From assembly GCA_001788295.1 (NCBI GenBank), contig MGBO01000021.1:74003-138002 (forward strand): a DNA stretch of 64,000 nucleotides. Reading direction: 5' to 3'. This stretch comes from Candidatus Roizmanbacteria bacterium RIFOXYC1_FULL_41_16 (GTDB lineage: Bacteria; Patescibacteriota; Microgenomatia; UBA1406). The notes beneath the pieces are model-generated. The model ran no database searches and was not told where the DNA came from. It was given only the letters and a program-made list of their open reading frames with translations. How positions within the stretch are numbered: position 1 is the first letter of the stretch; each line of letters begins with the position of its first letter. Positions 31,263 through 41,553 of the stretch are shown piece by piece. The position numbers and the translations under genes were made by a program.

Positions 31263-31970
31263 TTAGGCGAGATTAGTATACACTTCCTGAATTTCTTCCA
31301 AAGAGCTTAATTTCTCAATTAAGGAATAAACTGCCTCCGCTACCTGAGCGTCGACTTCAATTGTCACTTTGGGTTTATAAACGAGCTCCGGGGCTTTACT
31401 AAAACCAAGCTCCGTAGCCTTTTGCCAAGCCTCATTGAATTGATCAAGCAAAACATAAACATAATAGGTCTTGTCCTCCTTAACAAAATCAACCGCTCCA
31501 AGAGCCTCAATCAGATTAAGTATCGCCTCTTCCGGATAATTCTCAATTGTAAACATGGTCAGTAGATCATAATTGTACATCACCGCTCCCTTGGCCACTA
31601 ATTTTGCACCGGCTTTATCCAGAATAATTTTAATGTCGGTTTGGGTCCGTCGAGAGTTATCGGTGGCGGTTTTAATAAGGTAAGTCACACCGTGCTGGCC
31701 AATCGCTTCGTAGACCACCTCGGTCACGTGCTGAGCCTTATCCTTGATCCGATCGAGCAATCGGGCAATGTTGTCTTTGGGCATATTGACTTCTCTCGCC
31801 TTTGCCAAAGCGGCCCGCAGCCGAATGTTCTGGTTCGGATCAGTCACATTGCCGGAAAGAGTCACGGCCAGTAGAATCTCGCGGCTGACTTTGGAAAACT
31901 CCCTGCCCTTTTGCTGATCGTTGGCCTCTTTTTTACGCTTGATCGTTGACCAGTGCGAATGTCCAGACAT
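31263..31970 (-). CDS. yebC: YebC/PmpR-family DNA-binding regulator
   Basis: MSGHSHWSTIKRKKEANDQQKG is the canonical YebC N-terminus. Confidence 0.8.
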   Translation of the reverse strand: MSGHSHWSTIKRKKEANDQQKGREFSKVSREILLAVTLSGNVTDPNQNIRLRAALAKAREVNMPKDNIARLLDRIKDKAQHVTEVVYEAIGQHGVTYLIKTATDNSRRTQTDIKIILDKAGAKLVAKGAVMYNYDLLTMFTIENYPEEAILNLIEALGAVDFVKEDKTYYVYVLLDQFNEAWQKATELGFSKAPELVYKPKVTIEVDAQVAEAVYSLIEKLSSLEEIQEVYTNLA

Positions 31971-32002
31971 ATTTTATGAGTATATCATAAACAGCTTGAC
32001 TT

Positions 32003-32863
32003 TTGACTGACCTCGGCTATACTTTACAGTTAATGACTAATCTCGATCAGGAGCGACTTAAAGCCAAAGCGATTGACGAAGCGGTCTTGGGTAATTACGA
32101 AGCTGCCATCCTACTCAATAAACAAGTACTCGAGCTAGATCCCTCTGATATTGATTCACTAATGCAGCTAGCTCATGCCTACTGGCAAACCGGTTCCCTA
32201 TCTCAAGCCCGTAAATACTATCGCCAAGCCCTTAGCTTTGAACCAAACAACAGTCTGGCCAAAAAACGCTTGGCCTTACTCAATGCCCTAAACGGTAAAG
32301 ATAACAGTATCAATACGGCTAATCGGCCGGCAGTCAAGGTGGTCGCCATTGCCGATCTGATCGAAGAACCGGGCAAAACCAAGATAATCAAACTTTCCAA
32401 TATTGGCAAACCAGAACATTTGAGCCTTCTCAAAATCGGAGAGGAATTATTTTTAAAGCTGCGCAAACGTCGCCTCGAAGCACGAGATGTCGCTGGTAAT
32501 TTTATCGGTTGCCTTCCGGACGATATTTCCAAACGCCTGATTAATTTTACCAACGAAAAAGGAATCTACGAGGCCTATGTTTTTTCAATTGACAAAAATG
32601 AAGTTAAAATTTTTATCAGGGAAATTTCCAAACCGGCCAAATATCGGCACATGTCAAGTTTTATTTCCGAAGACAGTCACCTGGAAATCGAGGAAGATGA
32701 TAATATCAAACCTCCGGTTGAAGAAACTGATCTTGATTTGGATGCCGAGAAAATTTTGTTAACTCCAGACGAAATTATTGCTCAACACAAAGCCGAACAA
32801 GACGAGGATGAAGACGATGACGAGGACGACGATAAAGAAACTTATCAGGAATACGAAGAATAA
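32003..32863 (+). CDS. TPR-repeat protein with poly-acidic C-terminal tail
   Basis: N-terminal TPR-like repeats (AYWQTGSLSQARKYYRQAL). C-terminus DEDEDDDEDDDKETYQEYEE. Confidence 0.45.
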   Translation: MTDLGYTLQLMTNLDQERLKAKAIDEAVLGNYEAAILLNKQVLELDPSDIDSLMQLAHAYWQTGSLSQARKYYRQALSFEPNNSLAKKRLALLNALNGKDNSINTANRPAVKVVAIADLIEEPGKTKIIKLSNIGKPEHLSLLKIGEELFLKLRKRRLEARDVAGNFIGCLPDDISKRLINFTNEKGIYEAYVFSIDKNEVKIFIREISKPAKYRHMSSFISEDSHLEIEEDDNIKPPVEETDLDLDAEKILLTPDEIIAQHKAEQDEDEDDDEDDDKETYQEYEE

Positions 32864-33028
32864 TGTTTCGGGGGTTCCCCCTTTTCAATTAATATTCCGC
32901 CCTTAATTTTAGACTGTCGGTATTTTTTGGATAATTCTTGCAATTCGGTTGTTCCCTGCTCTTTTTTCATCGACCAAACCGCCAAAAAGAAAGAAACAAA
33001 CAACACTACGACTACAATTGCATACATC

Positions 33029-33910
33029 TTATTTCAAAGTATACTTGATAATGGCGGACTTTTGAATTTGAATTTGGCAATCAAAAAGTCGTTTTAATTT
33101 CAAAAGAATTGGTCGCTGTGCCTCTGTTCCGGCAATTAAGCACTGTTTGTTTTTCAACTGGTCCCTCACTTGAATTTCAATCACTTTCACGCCAATACCC
33201 TCAAGCTGGCGAAGGATCAGGTTAGCCTGATCGTAATTCTTACTACTGGTCACGACAACCGAATTCAGAGACTCGTTCAACAAAGAATCGTGATAAAACA
33301 GACCTTTTAGTTTCGTATCCAGCTTATCAGAGTAATAATAAGTCCGTTTATTTTTTGTTAATCCCAGATCCGAAGTATTCAAAAAAACCAGATGATCGTG
33401 TCGAACTTTAAACAGACTTCTGATTAACAGCCGATCAAACAAATTACGGACAGAGTGTTTATATTGTGAATGAAATAATTTGCTTTTCACCAAATCATAA
33501 TAGTACTCATTAAAAGAAACGTCTTTGAATTCAGTCACTCTGGCTGCTTTCGGATAATAAACAAAATCAATCGGCGCCCCCACCAACTCACCAAATGCCT
33601 GTTTCAAAATCGTCTCGCGACTGGCTTCAATTTTACCCAAGAGATCAAGACTGCCAATTCTATACCAGTCGTAACCAAGCGGGACTCTGACCAAATAATC
33701 GGGCCGGAAATATGTGATAATGGCCAGGTTTTTGTGCCTATCAAGCGAATATACAAATGGTGTCTGTGCAAAGACAGCAATGTTGATCCGGTCCGGTTCA
33801 CGTAAAACTACCGAACTACGCCATTGTTGATAAAGATACAAGCAAAGAATAAGGACTAAAACCACCAGCACCAGCAGTTTGTTAAAACCTGATTTATTCT
33901 TGAATCCCAT
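33029..33910 (-). CDS. Membrane-anchored protein, possibly LytR-CpsA-Psr (LCP) family
   Basis: N-terminal TM anchor plus an extracytoplasmic domain with weak LCP-like blocks. Low certainty. Confidence 0.3.
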   Translation of the reverse strand: MGFKNKSGFNKLLVLVVLVLILCLYLYQQWRSSVVLREPDRINIAVFAQTPFVYSLDRHKNLAIITYFRPDYLVRVPLGYDWYRIGSLDLLGKIEASRETILKQAFGELVGAPIDFVYYPKAARVTEFKDVSFNEYYYDLVKSKLFHSQYKHSVRNLFDRLLIRSLFKVRHDHLVFLNTSDLGLTKNKRTYYYSDKLDTKLKGLFYHDSLLNESLNSVVVTSSKNYDQANLILRQLEGIGVKVIEIQVRDQLKNKQCLIAGTEAQRPILLKLKRLFDCQIQIQKSAIIKYTLK

Positions 33911-35597
33911 GCTCCATTTTTAAATACTGCAGTCTTTTTTTAATTTCCGGTTTTTCCAAATTGTAAAGTTTGAGAATTTTTTTAAGTAAGGTAATGGCGG
34001 CTTCAAACTCAGGCTGAATCACCTGTGACACACCAAGTGCTTTGAAATGCCTCAGATTACTGCTCAAATGAGTTCGAGTCAAAATCCGAATATCCGGGTT
34101 AATCCGCCTGGCTTCCAAAATAATCTGTTCCTGCTCGATCGAGGACGGCACGGACAGAATCAGAAATTTGGCTTTCTCCACCTGCGCATAATCCAAAATT
34201 TCCGGCTCGGTCGCGTCGCCATACACCGCTTTCACTCCCCGATGCAGCAACTTTTTGATTCTGTCCGCGTCAGTATCAATAACCACCAAAGGCAACTGAC
34301 TCAAAATCAAGCCATGACCAATATAGCTGCCCACCCGACCGTAACCACAAAGAACAATATGATTGTCAAATTTCAGTTGATCAAAAACCATTTTCACTTC
34401 ACGAGTGGAAAAATGCTTTAAAAACGGCAGGTGTCGACTGATAAAATAGTTAAACCAGCGGTAAAATTTAAGCTTAGAACGATAAACAAAACTAAACAAA
34501 AGCAGGCTTGCCGTAATTACCATTACCAGAAATTGGTAATGGGCATTGCCGATTAAACGGCTCCGGCTCATCAAAGTCAGCAAAATAAAAGCAAATTCAC
34601 CAATTTGCATCAGATCAAAGCTGACCCAAAAAGCGGTTTTTTGGTGCAGGCCAAGAACAATAAAGATCAGCCAGAGCACCACAAACTTAATCACCATCAA
34701 AACAAAAGCTGCCCCAAAAGCCCCAATCATGATCAAAGGATTAAAATTGGTGATGTAAGTGCCCAAAAAAAAGAAGAACAAAACTAAGAGAACGTCGCGA
34801 AAAACCCTGACCTGAGAAAATATTTCATGTTGTTCGCGTCTACCTGCCAAAAGCAGGCCGATGATAAAACCGGCCGTGGTTTCGGGGATACTGAAATACC
34901 CAAACAAACCGATTAACAAAAACAAAAGTGCAAAAGTAAACAAGGCCAACTCTTCCCTATTCAGGCGGAGTTTGTCAAAAACCAAATTTATTATTTTTGT
35001 TAATAAATAAAAACTCAAGGCAATCAGAGCAACCTTTTGAACAAACAGCCAGGCCAAAACTAATCCACCCTGGCTCTTCCCCACCAAAAAGGTCAATAAG
35101 GTAATTGCAACCACCGAAACCAGATCCTGAAAAATCAAAATACTGAGTGTGACCTCACCCGAAACAGAGGCATCTTCGGCCCGAGATTGTAATAGCTTAC
35201 CAACCACTGCGGTTGAAGACATCGCTAGAGTCAAACCCACCAACAGAGCCGGCATTAAACTATGAATAAGCAAATAGCTGGGAATAGCCAGAATCAGGCC
35301 GGTGATCACCACTTGCGCCACCGAACCGGTAATCAGCAAGCGCCCGGCGCTAAACAAGCGCTGCAGGGACAACTCCAAACCAATTGTAAACAACAACAAC
35401 ACAATTCCCAAATTAGACAAGGGCTCAAAAAAACTTTTGACCGCTTCATTGTTCAAAAACAGATTGCTGGCACACAATCCCAAAATAATATAAAAGATAA
35501 GGCTTGGTTTTTGCAATTTTCCGGCTAACACTGAACCAAACAAAGAAGTCAAAAGAATGGCAGACAAAATCAGGAACAAGGAATTCAAACTCAGCAT
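33894..35597 (-). CDS. Kef-type K+/H+ antiporter (CPA2) with C-terminal TrkA-N (RCK) domain
   Basis: About 12 TM Na_H_Exchanger domain followed by the Rossmann motif IVLCGYGRVGSYIG. Confidence 0.7.
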   Translation of the reverse strand: MLSLNSLFLILSAILLTSLFGSVLAGKLQKPSLIFYIILGLCASNLFLNNEAVKSFFEPLSNLGIVLLLFTIGLELSLQRLFSAGRLLITGSVAQVVITGLILAIPSYLLIHSLMPALLVGLTLAMSSTAVVGKLLQSRAEDASVSGEVTLSILIFQDLVSVVAITLLTFLVGKSQGGLVLAWLFVQKVALIALSFYLLTKIINLVFDKLRLNREELALFTFALLFLLIGLFGYFSIPETTAGFIIGLLLAGRREQHEIFSQVRVFRDVLLVLFFFFLGTYITNFNPLIMIGAFGAAFVLMVIKFVVLWLIFIVLGLHQKTAFWVSFDLMQIGEFAFILLTLMSRSRLIGNAHYQFLVMVITASLLLFSFVYRSKLKFYRWFNYFISRHLPFLKHFSTREVKMVFDQLKFDNHIVLCGYGRVGSYIGHGLILSQLPLVVIDTDADRIKKLLHRGVKAVYGDATEPEILDYAQVEKAKFLILSVPSSIEQEQIILEARRINPDIRILTRTHLSSNLRHFKALGVSQVIQPEFEAAITLLKKILKLYNLEKPEIKKRLQYLKMEHGIQE

Positions 35598-35626
35598 CTG
35601 TTCATTATAGCAAACAAAAAAATGGG

Positions 35627-35986
35627 TTAGTTGCTGTTAGCACACTTGATGCAAAGGCTGGCCAAGGGATTTGAAGACAATCTATCGGTGTCAATCATTT
35701 TACCACAGCCGGTACAAAATCCATAGGTTTCCTTGTCAATTCGCTCCAAGGCATCATTGACTTCGCTGAGTCGTTTTTTAAGCTGATCGCGATTACCCTC
35801 AGATTGCTGGTGGGCAATCTCTTCTCTCACGTCAAGTCCGATATCAGCGTTGTCGTTAGCGTGATCCGGATCCTTGTAAGGATCACTCTCATCAATCTGG
35901 CCCAAACGCTTCTCCAAATGCTTCTGTTCATCTTCAAAATGGGCTCTGATTTTAGCCAGAATTCTTCTGGGATATTTGGTGTCCAT
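35627..35986 (-). CDS. DksA/TraR-family C4 zinc-finger protein
   Basis: C-terminal CTGCGKMI...CIKC four-Cys zinc finger after a coiled-coil region. Confidence 0.6.
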   Translation of the reverse strand: MDTKYPRRILAKIRAHFEDEQKHLEKRLGQIDESDPYKDPDHANDNADIGLDVREEIAHQQSEGNRDQLKKRLSEVNDALERIDKETYGFCTGCGKMIDTDRLSSNPLASLCIKCANSN

Positions 35987-35988
35987 GT

Positions 35989-36687
35989 TTATTTTCGGTT
36001 TCTAAATTGCCTTAAAACTAATAAAACCGTACTGATTATAATCGCTGCCAAGTACGGTAACTGTTCTATACTTAAGAACTTTAATCCCACAAAGTATACT
36101 CTCTCCTTTTGAAAAAAGTCAACCAGGAAATTTGGCAATAATAGATAAACCATTAGTAAGAAAAAAGGCTTTTCTTTAAGGCTTTTATTTTTCAGTAAAT
36201 GCGTCAAAATCAGATAAGCACCGATCAAAATTAGTAACGAAGCAAGCATAACCAAACCGGCAAGACTGAATTCTTTGATTAAAGAAAAGGCCGTCAGCAA
36301 AATTTTGGCAGTGACAAGGGGTGCCAAAAATACTTTTGTTAATGTCACAAAACCGATCTTTTTTTGATAACCATAAATAAACCAATAAACAAAAAAAGCC
36401 ATCCAAAAATAGAACTCGGTGATTCCCGGATAATTGACCAGCAAAAATGGTGTCAAAAGATTGCCTCGAAATAAGTCATAATTCATAATGATATAAGCGA
36501 TACGACCAATAACGAGGGCAAAAACTCCGGCGCCAAACAAAGCGTCAACCATTTTCTCCTCGTTGAGCGAGGTTTTGCGAAGATTACGCCAGAATAAAAA
36601 CAAGAAAACCACCAAAGTCAAAAAGACACCCAAACCGTAAACGTAAAGATTCAAACCCAAGAGTGATGTTAAAAAATTGTTGATCAT
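35989..36687 (-). CDS. lgt: Prolipoprotein diacylglyceryl transferase-like membrane protein
   Basis: Polytopic. GRIAYIIMNY resembles the Lgt G-R-I-G-Y signature. Shorter (232 aa) than typical Lgt. Confidence 0.4.
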   Translation of the reverse strand: MINNFLTSLLGLNLYVYGLGVFLTLVVFLFLFWRNLRKTSLNEEKMVDALFGAGVFALVIGRIAYIIMNYDLFRGNLLTPFLLVNYPGITEFYFWMAFFVYWFIYGYQKKIGFVTLTKVFLAPLVTAKILLTAFSLIKEFSLAGLVMLASLLILIGAYLILTHLLKNKSLKEKPFFLLMVYLLLPNFLVDFFQKERVYFVGLKFLSIEQLPYLAAIIISTVLLVLRQFRNRK

Positions 36688-36697
36688 TTGTTTTTCT

Positions 36698-36784
36698 TGG
36701 TGCCAGGGAAGGGACTTGAACCCTTACACCCATAATGGGCACAGGATCCTAAATCCTGCGTGTCTGCCATTCCACCACCCTGGC
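36698..36784 (-). tRNA. tRNA-Leu (anticodon TAG), type II with long variable arm, CCA encoded
   Basis: Minus-strand read GCCAGGG...CAGGA-TTTAGGA-TCCTG...CCCATTATGGG...AAGGGTTCAAGTCCCTT-CCCTGGC-A-CCA. Folds with a 7-bp acceptor, 5-bp anticodon stem, variable stem-loop and T arm. Confidence 0.85.
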
Positions 36785-36838
36785 AAAATCCAATTCTTAC
36801 CCGGCAAAAAATTGACTTTCTATAATATTATAGCAATT

Positions 36839-38182
36839 TTACATCTCTTCACGGTGTTCCAGCTCGTAGAATTTCAGTTCGTTGGCCTTAAAGATAAAGT
36901 CAAATTCACCGGTTGGACCGGAACGATGCTTGGCAATCAGACATTTTAGGGTACGCTTGCCTTCTGGCAAAAGGTCATCATCCTCTTCAGCCCGGTACAA
37001 AAACATGACAATATCAGCGTCCTGTTCGATGGCTCCGGAATCACGAAGATCAGCCAGCTGTGGCTTCTTTTCGCCTCGTTGCTCAACCGCACGTGACAAC
37101 TGAGACAAGGCAATTACCGGTACTTGCAATTCGCGGGCAATATTCTTTAAGCCTTGAGAGATATAGGAAACCTCCTGAACCCGAGAGTCGGTTTTGCGGC
37201 CTGGATCGGCCAACTGAATGTAATCCATAACAATTAAGTCCAGCTTTTTTTCAATTTGGAGTTTTCGGGCTTTGGTTCGCATTTCAGTAATCGACAAAGC
37301 CGGAGTGTCGTCGATAAAAAGATTGGCGTCGGCCAAGCGACCATAAGCTTGAGTCAATCTGGTCATTTCATCGTCGTTAAGTTTGCCAGTTTTCAGTTTC
37401 CAGGAGTCAATTCTCGCCTCCATCACCAGCATCCGGTCTACCAACTCTTCTTTACTCATTTCAAGTGAGAAAAACCCGACTGTTTTTTTCTCTTCCAAAC
37501 ACAAATAATTAGCAATGTTTAAGGCAAAAGTGGTTTTACCAATGCCTGGCCGGGCGGCAATAATAACCAAATTTGAAGGATTCAAGCCGGCCAATTTATT
37601 GTCCAAATGGCTAAATCCGGTTGGCAAACCACGCATACCGACTCCGGATTTCATAATTTTTTCCAACTGCTCGTATGAAGCGGTTAATAAATCCTTAACC
37701 GGAATAAATTGGCGCCGGATACTTTCCTGAGAAAGAGCAAAAATGTCGCGCTCGGCTATATTAAGCAGGTCCGCGACCCCACCCTCTTCTTTAAAAGCTT
37801 GTCGAACCAAATCAGAACCCAGGCTGATCAAGCTCCGTTTCACTGCCGAGTCTTTGACCACCTTGGCATATTGCTCAATATTGGCGCTGGTGGGAACAAT
37901 TTCCACCAATTGGGAAAGATATGATTTACCGCCAATGTCTTTGTAAGCTTTTTGTTTCTTGAGCTCGTTAGCCAAAGTAAGAATGTCAATCGGCTCGTTG
38001 GCTTGAAAAAGACTCAGCATTGCTTCAAAAATCAGCTGATTTTCCCGATAATAAAAATGTTTAGGACTTAGGGTTTGTGAAGCAATAGAAACACTTGATG
38101 GATCAATCAGAACCGCGCCCAGCACCGATTGCTCCGCCTCTTGATCGTGCGGTGGTGTCTGTTTGTTATCAGTGTCTTTCAT
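36839..38182 (-). CDS. dnaB: Replicative DNA helicase DnaB
   Basis: N-terminal PHDQEAEQSVLGAVL, Walker A GARPGIGKTTFAL, and RecA-like C-terminal domain. Start set at MKDTDN. Confidence 0.85.
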   Translation of the reverse strand: MKDTDNKQTPPHDQEAEQSVLGAVLIDPSSVSIASQTLSPKHFYYRENQLIFEAMLSLFQANEPIDILTLANELKKQKAYKDIGGKSYLSQLVEIVPTSANIEQYAKVVKDSAVKRSLISLGSDLVRQAFKEEGGVADLLNIAERDIFALSQESIRRQFIPVKDLLTASYEQLEKIMKSGVGMRGLPTGFSHLDNKLAGLNPSNLVIIAARPGIGKTTFALNIANYLCLEEKKTVGFFSLEMSKEELVDRMLVMEARIDSWKLKTGKLNDDEMTRLTQAYGRLADANLFIDDTPALSITEMRTKARKLQIEKKLDLIVMDYIQLADPGRKTDSRVQEVSYISQGLKNIARELQVPVIALSQLSRAVEQRGEKKPQLADLRDSGAIEQDADIVMFLYRAEEDDDLLPEGKRTLKCLIAKHRSGPTGEFDFIFKANELKFYELEHREEM

Positions 38183-38186
38183 TGTC

Positions 38187-38837
38187 CTATTTGGCAATAT
38201 CCAACACAACGAGTTCGTTTTCTGGCAGGTCTTCTTCGGTTTTAATCTCAAACTTGGGAATTGGTGCCAGAGCGTCTTTACCCATGAGTTTCAAAAACTC
38301 CTCTACTTTAGCCAATTGACCAAATTCGGCCGGATTGTGTTTGTCGGTTTGGTAATGCATCGGAATTGTTATTGAGGGCTTAATCAACTCAATGACCTTT
38401 TTGGCAGTTTGGCCATCAATTGTATAAGTGCCGCCAACCGGAATCAAAAGAACATCGGTATCCTCAAGCTCGTCAATCAAGGCTGGTTCGGGCAGATGTC
38501 CCAAATCACCCAGATGTGTTAACACAACATTATTAATGATAATTTTGAAAATAATATTCTCTCCCCGTTTTTGACCCTGCTCCTGGTCATGATAACTTTG
38601 ATAACCAAAAACCTTGACTCCCTTAACTTCGTACTCTCCGGGGAAATCAAACACCACCCCATTGCAAACCGCGGCGGTTTGATTGTGGTCTTTGTGCTGG
38701 TGCGAAACCGTCACAATATCGGCATCCACTTTGGGCATATTCAAACCCACCATTTTTGAATCAAAAGGATCCATGAGTACAGACGATTCTTTGTTCTTAA
38801 TATAAAAACAGGAGTGACCAAAGTATTGAATTTTCAT
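38187..38837 (-). CDS. Metallo-beta-lactamase-fold metal-dependent hydrolase (UPF0173-like)
   Basis: MKIQYFGHSCF N-terminus and HQHKDH-type metal-binding motif. Confidence 0.6.
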   Translation of the reverse strand: MKIQYFGHSCFYIKNKESSVLMDPFDSKMVGLNMPKVDADIVTVSHQHKDHNQTAAVCNGVVFDFPGEYEVKGVKVFGYQSYHDQEQGQKRGENIIFKIIINNVVLTHLGDLGHLPEPALIDELEDTDVLLIPVGGTYTIDGQTAKKVIELIKPSITIPMHYQTDKHNPAEFGQLAKVEEFLKLMGKDALAPIPKFEIKTEEDLPENELVVLDIAK

Positions 38838-38880
38838 CGTCTTTCTAGTGTATAACTTCTCCCTATCTTTATCAACCCGT

Positions 38881-38905
38881 GATAAAACTACACCCCGGGG
38901 GTGTT
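38881..38905 (-). terminator. Rho-independent terminator-like hairpin downstream of tgt
   Basis: Palindrome ACACCCCGGGGGTGT (38890-38904) followed on the minus strand by a U-rich tract (AGUUUUAUC). Confidence 0.45.
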
Positions 38906-38911
38906 ACGGGG

Positions 38912-39967
38912 CTACCTTAAGCTCTTAACCAATGAATTATAAAAAGTCAGGTTATGAATGGTAGCTAGCCGATAGTATAAGGTTTCTTTAATTTTGTAAA
39001 GATGATGCAGATAAGCCCGAGAGTAATTTTGACAGGTCGGGCATGAACAATTATTATCGATTGGTTTTGGGTCTTTGGCAAATACTCCCCGACCAATGTA
39101 AAGAAATTTATTCTTTGGCAAGTATAAACGGCCGTGTCTGGCGTCGCGGGTGGGCAGCACACAATCGAAAAAGTGATAACCGTACTTGACTCCCAAAGTA
39201 ATATCCGAGGGCTTCCCCACGCCCAAGGCAAAGCGCGGTTTGTGATCCGGAGTCAGAGAAGCGTTGTATTTAAAAAGCTTATTATTAAACTGTCCCTGCT
39301 CATTAATTGGCCACCCGCCATATCCATAAAGATCAAAATTCATCTTGACCAGCTCTTGGCTACAGGCTTGTCTAAGTTTTTCATTATTCCCCCCCTGAAG
39401 CACGCCCATTAACCAAGGCCGGTTTGCCTCTGACAATTTTCGTTGTTTTATTTGCCGCTCAAATTCGTCTTTTGAACGCCTGGCCCATTTTAAGGTTAGA
39501 TCCACCGAGCGCTCCTGTTCGAGTTTGCTGGCTTTAGGATCGGTAAAATAATCCAATACCACCATCACATCTGAGTTAATCGCAAATTGAGTCTGAATTG
39601 AAAGCTCCGGCGTAAACAAAATTGTTTTATCTTCGCCTTTTATCCGCCAGGTAAATTTAAGCCCATCGGGCAAAATTTTTCCTTTGATTTTGGCTTGATG
39701 AAGTAAAGACATGATTTGAAACCCACCAGAATCAGAAACGACCAAACCTTCAAAATTCATAAATTTCGAGACGCCGCCAAATTGCTGCAACCTTTCCATT
39801 CCGGGATTAATCATTAAATGAAAAGTATTCACTACCACCGCATCAATACCACAGCCGTCCAAATCCGCCTTATCCAAACCACGTACCACGCCCAAAGTGG
39901 CGTCTGGCAAAAAAATCGGAAGGTCAATTGATTTGCCCCGAATAGTCAGATTGGTTATGCCGCTCAT
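38912..39967 (-). CDS. tgt: Queuine tRNA-ribosyltransferase (tRNA-guanine transglycosylase)
   Basis: C-terminal zinc site CSCPTCQNYSRAYLHHL plus (beta/alpha)8 core blocks. Start trimmed to MSGITNL, removing overlap with the divergent gene. Confidence 0.8.
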   Translation of the reverse strand: MSGITNLTIRGKSIDLPIFLPDATLGVVRGLDKADLDGCGIDAVVVNTFHLMINPGMERLQQFGGVSKFMNFEGLVVSDSGGFQIMSLLHQAKIKGKILPDGLKFTWRIKGEDKTILFTPELSIQTQFAINSDVMVVLDYFTDPKASKLEQERSVDLTLKWARRSKDEFERQIKQRKLSEANRPWLMGVLQGGNNEKLRQACSQELVKMNFDLYGYGGWPINEQGQFNNKLFKYNASLTPDHKPRFALGVGKPSDITLGVKYGYHFFDCVLPTRDARHGRLYLPKNKFLYIGRGVFAKDPKPIDNNCSCPTCQNYSRAYLHHLYKIKETLYYRLATIHNLTFYNSLVKSLR

Positions 39968-39988
39968 TTTACGGTAAAATACTTTATT

Positions 39989-40468
39989 ATGTTCAACATT
40001 ATACCAATCAAACAGAGTAAGAGTTATTGGTGCGGCCCAGCCAGCCTTAAAATGGTTCTGTCTTATTATCACCTTGACATTAGAGAGCGCGAACTGGCGC
40101 AAAAAACCCAGGCCAGTCCGATTCACGGCGTCAGCTCAACTAATTTAGTTAAAACCGCTACCGAATACGGCCTAAAGGGATTTATTAAAAGTGATGCCGA
40201 ACTAAATGACATCAAACATTATGTTTTGGACAAACAGATTCCGGTAATTGTCGATTGGTTTCAAATTGACGATGGCCATTACTCGGTCGTTGTCGATATC
40301 AACGACAAATATATCTATCTACTTGATCCGTATGTCGGCCATCTGGTTAGTTTTAAAATCCATCATTTTTACCGTATCTGGTTTGATTTTCCTGGGCCTT
40401 ATCTAGCCAAAAAAGAAGATTTGATTTTGCGCCAGATGATTGTGATTTCCAAAAAAATCAATAAATAA
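39989..40468 (+). CDS. Stand-alone C39-like papain-fold cysteine peptidase domain protein
   Basis: QSKSYWCGPASLKMVLSYY (catalytic Cys context) and DDGHYSVVV (His), typical of the Peptidase_C39 / C39_2 domain. Confidence 0.55.
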   Translation: MFNIIPIKQSKSYWCGPASLKMVLSYYHLDIRERELAQKTQASPIHGVSSTNLVKTATEYGLKGFIKSDAELNDIKHYVLDKQIPVIVDWFQIDDGHYSVVVDINDKYIYLLDPYVGHLVSFKIHHFYRIWFDFPGPYLAKKEDLILRQMIVISKKINK

Positions 40469-40488
40469 TTCTTGACATTTTTAGCCGA

Positions 40489-41553
40489 TTGTTTATTATT
40501 CACTTGATGCAAAATACTGATAAACCTGGCGGCGACGAAAAACTAACTAACGGCAACGGCAATAATTTGATTCTCCCCAAAAGCCTGAGCATTATCTACA
40601 GCGATGTCAAGCGTGAATACTTCCCTACCGAAGCTCAATATATTACCGAAAAAGATGCCAAGAAAAATGCCGAGGCTGTGGGTAGTTATGTTGAAAAACT
40701 CGGTGTCAAAGTCCGGCTGATTCCGGCTAACGTCGACCTTCCTCAACATTTGCGTCAGGATAAGCCGGAAATGGTCATGAACCTGGTCGATTCTGTTCGC
40801 GGCAACGAGTACTTGAGCTCAACTATTCCCGCTTTGCTGGAATTTTTGCAAATCCCCTACACCGGCACCAGTGTCTATGGTATGTCCTTGTGTTTTAATA
40901 AATTTCTAACCAAAAAAGTGTTTGAGCAAAATGGCATTCCGGTGCCTCGGTATCAGTTGTTCAATACTGCCACCGACTTACTCGAACCCACCTTGAGATT
41001 TCCACTTATTTCCAAGCTCAACGAAATTCACGGTTCGGTAGAAATTACCCAGGAGGCTGTCTCGGAAACCGAAAAACAATTGCGTGACCGGCTCAAATAT
41101 TTAATCAGTACTTATAATCAGCAAGTACTGGTTGAGGAATTTGTGGTTGGTCGGGAAATCTCCGCTTATATTTTAGAGGGTGTTCACAAAAAAATTTATT
41201 TGGTCGAAAATATTTTTGCCGAATCCGATAATAAATATCAATTTGCCGATTTTCAGATGCAGTGGGTCGATACCGAAAGCAAAATTACCAATCAAAAGTT
41301 TTCCGATCCCCTGCTCAAAGAATATGTTCGTAAGGCTTTCGACATTGCCCGAATGTCTGATTACAGCAAATTCGATATCCGCCTGGATAATTCCGGCCGC
41401 TATTATTTCATCGATTCCAATGCCAATCCTTTTTTTGGCCCCCCCGAGATCGAGTGCCCCTTAACCAAAACTCTGGAAATGTACTCCATTAGTTTCCCGG
41501 AAATTCTCAAGAGATTAATTAATAATACCATGAGGGAGGCCCATGACATCTGA
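40489..41553 (+). CDS. ATP-grasp enzyme, D-alanine--D-alanine ligase family-like
   Basis: Ddl-like N-terminal domain. Central IPALLEFLQIPYTGTSVYGMSLCFNKFLTKK. C-terminal FDIRLDNSGRYYFIDSNANP (Mg/ATP site). Confidence 0.55.
   Translation: MFIIHLMQNTDKPGGDEKLTNGNGNNLILPKSLSIIYSDVKREYFPTEAQYITEKDAKKNAEAVGSYVEKLGVKVRLIPANVDLPQHLRQDKPEMVMNLVDSVRGNEYLSSTIPALLEFLQIPYTGTSVYGMSLCFNKFLTKKVFEQNGIPVPRYQLFNTATDLLEPTLRFPLISKLNEIHGSVEITQEAVSETEKQLRDRLKYLISTYNQQVLVEEFVVGREISAYILEGVHKKIYLVENIFAESDNKYQFADFQMQWVDTESKITNQKFSDPLLKEYVRKAFDIARMSDYSKFDIRLDNSGRYYFIDSNANPFFGPPEIECPLTKTLEMYSISFPEILKRLINNTMREAHDI

Noticed and set aside
32845-33027. 60-aa minus-strand ORF with one TM helix just downstream of the LCP-like gene
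   Set aside because: No convincing RBS, and it overlaps the 3' end of the convergent TPR gene. Insufficient support.
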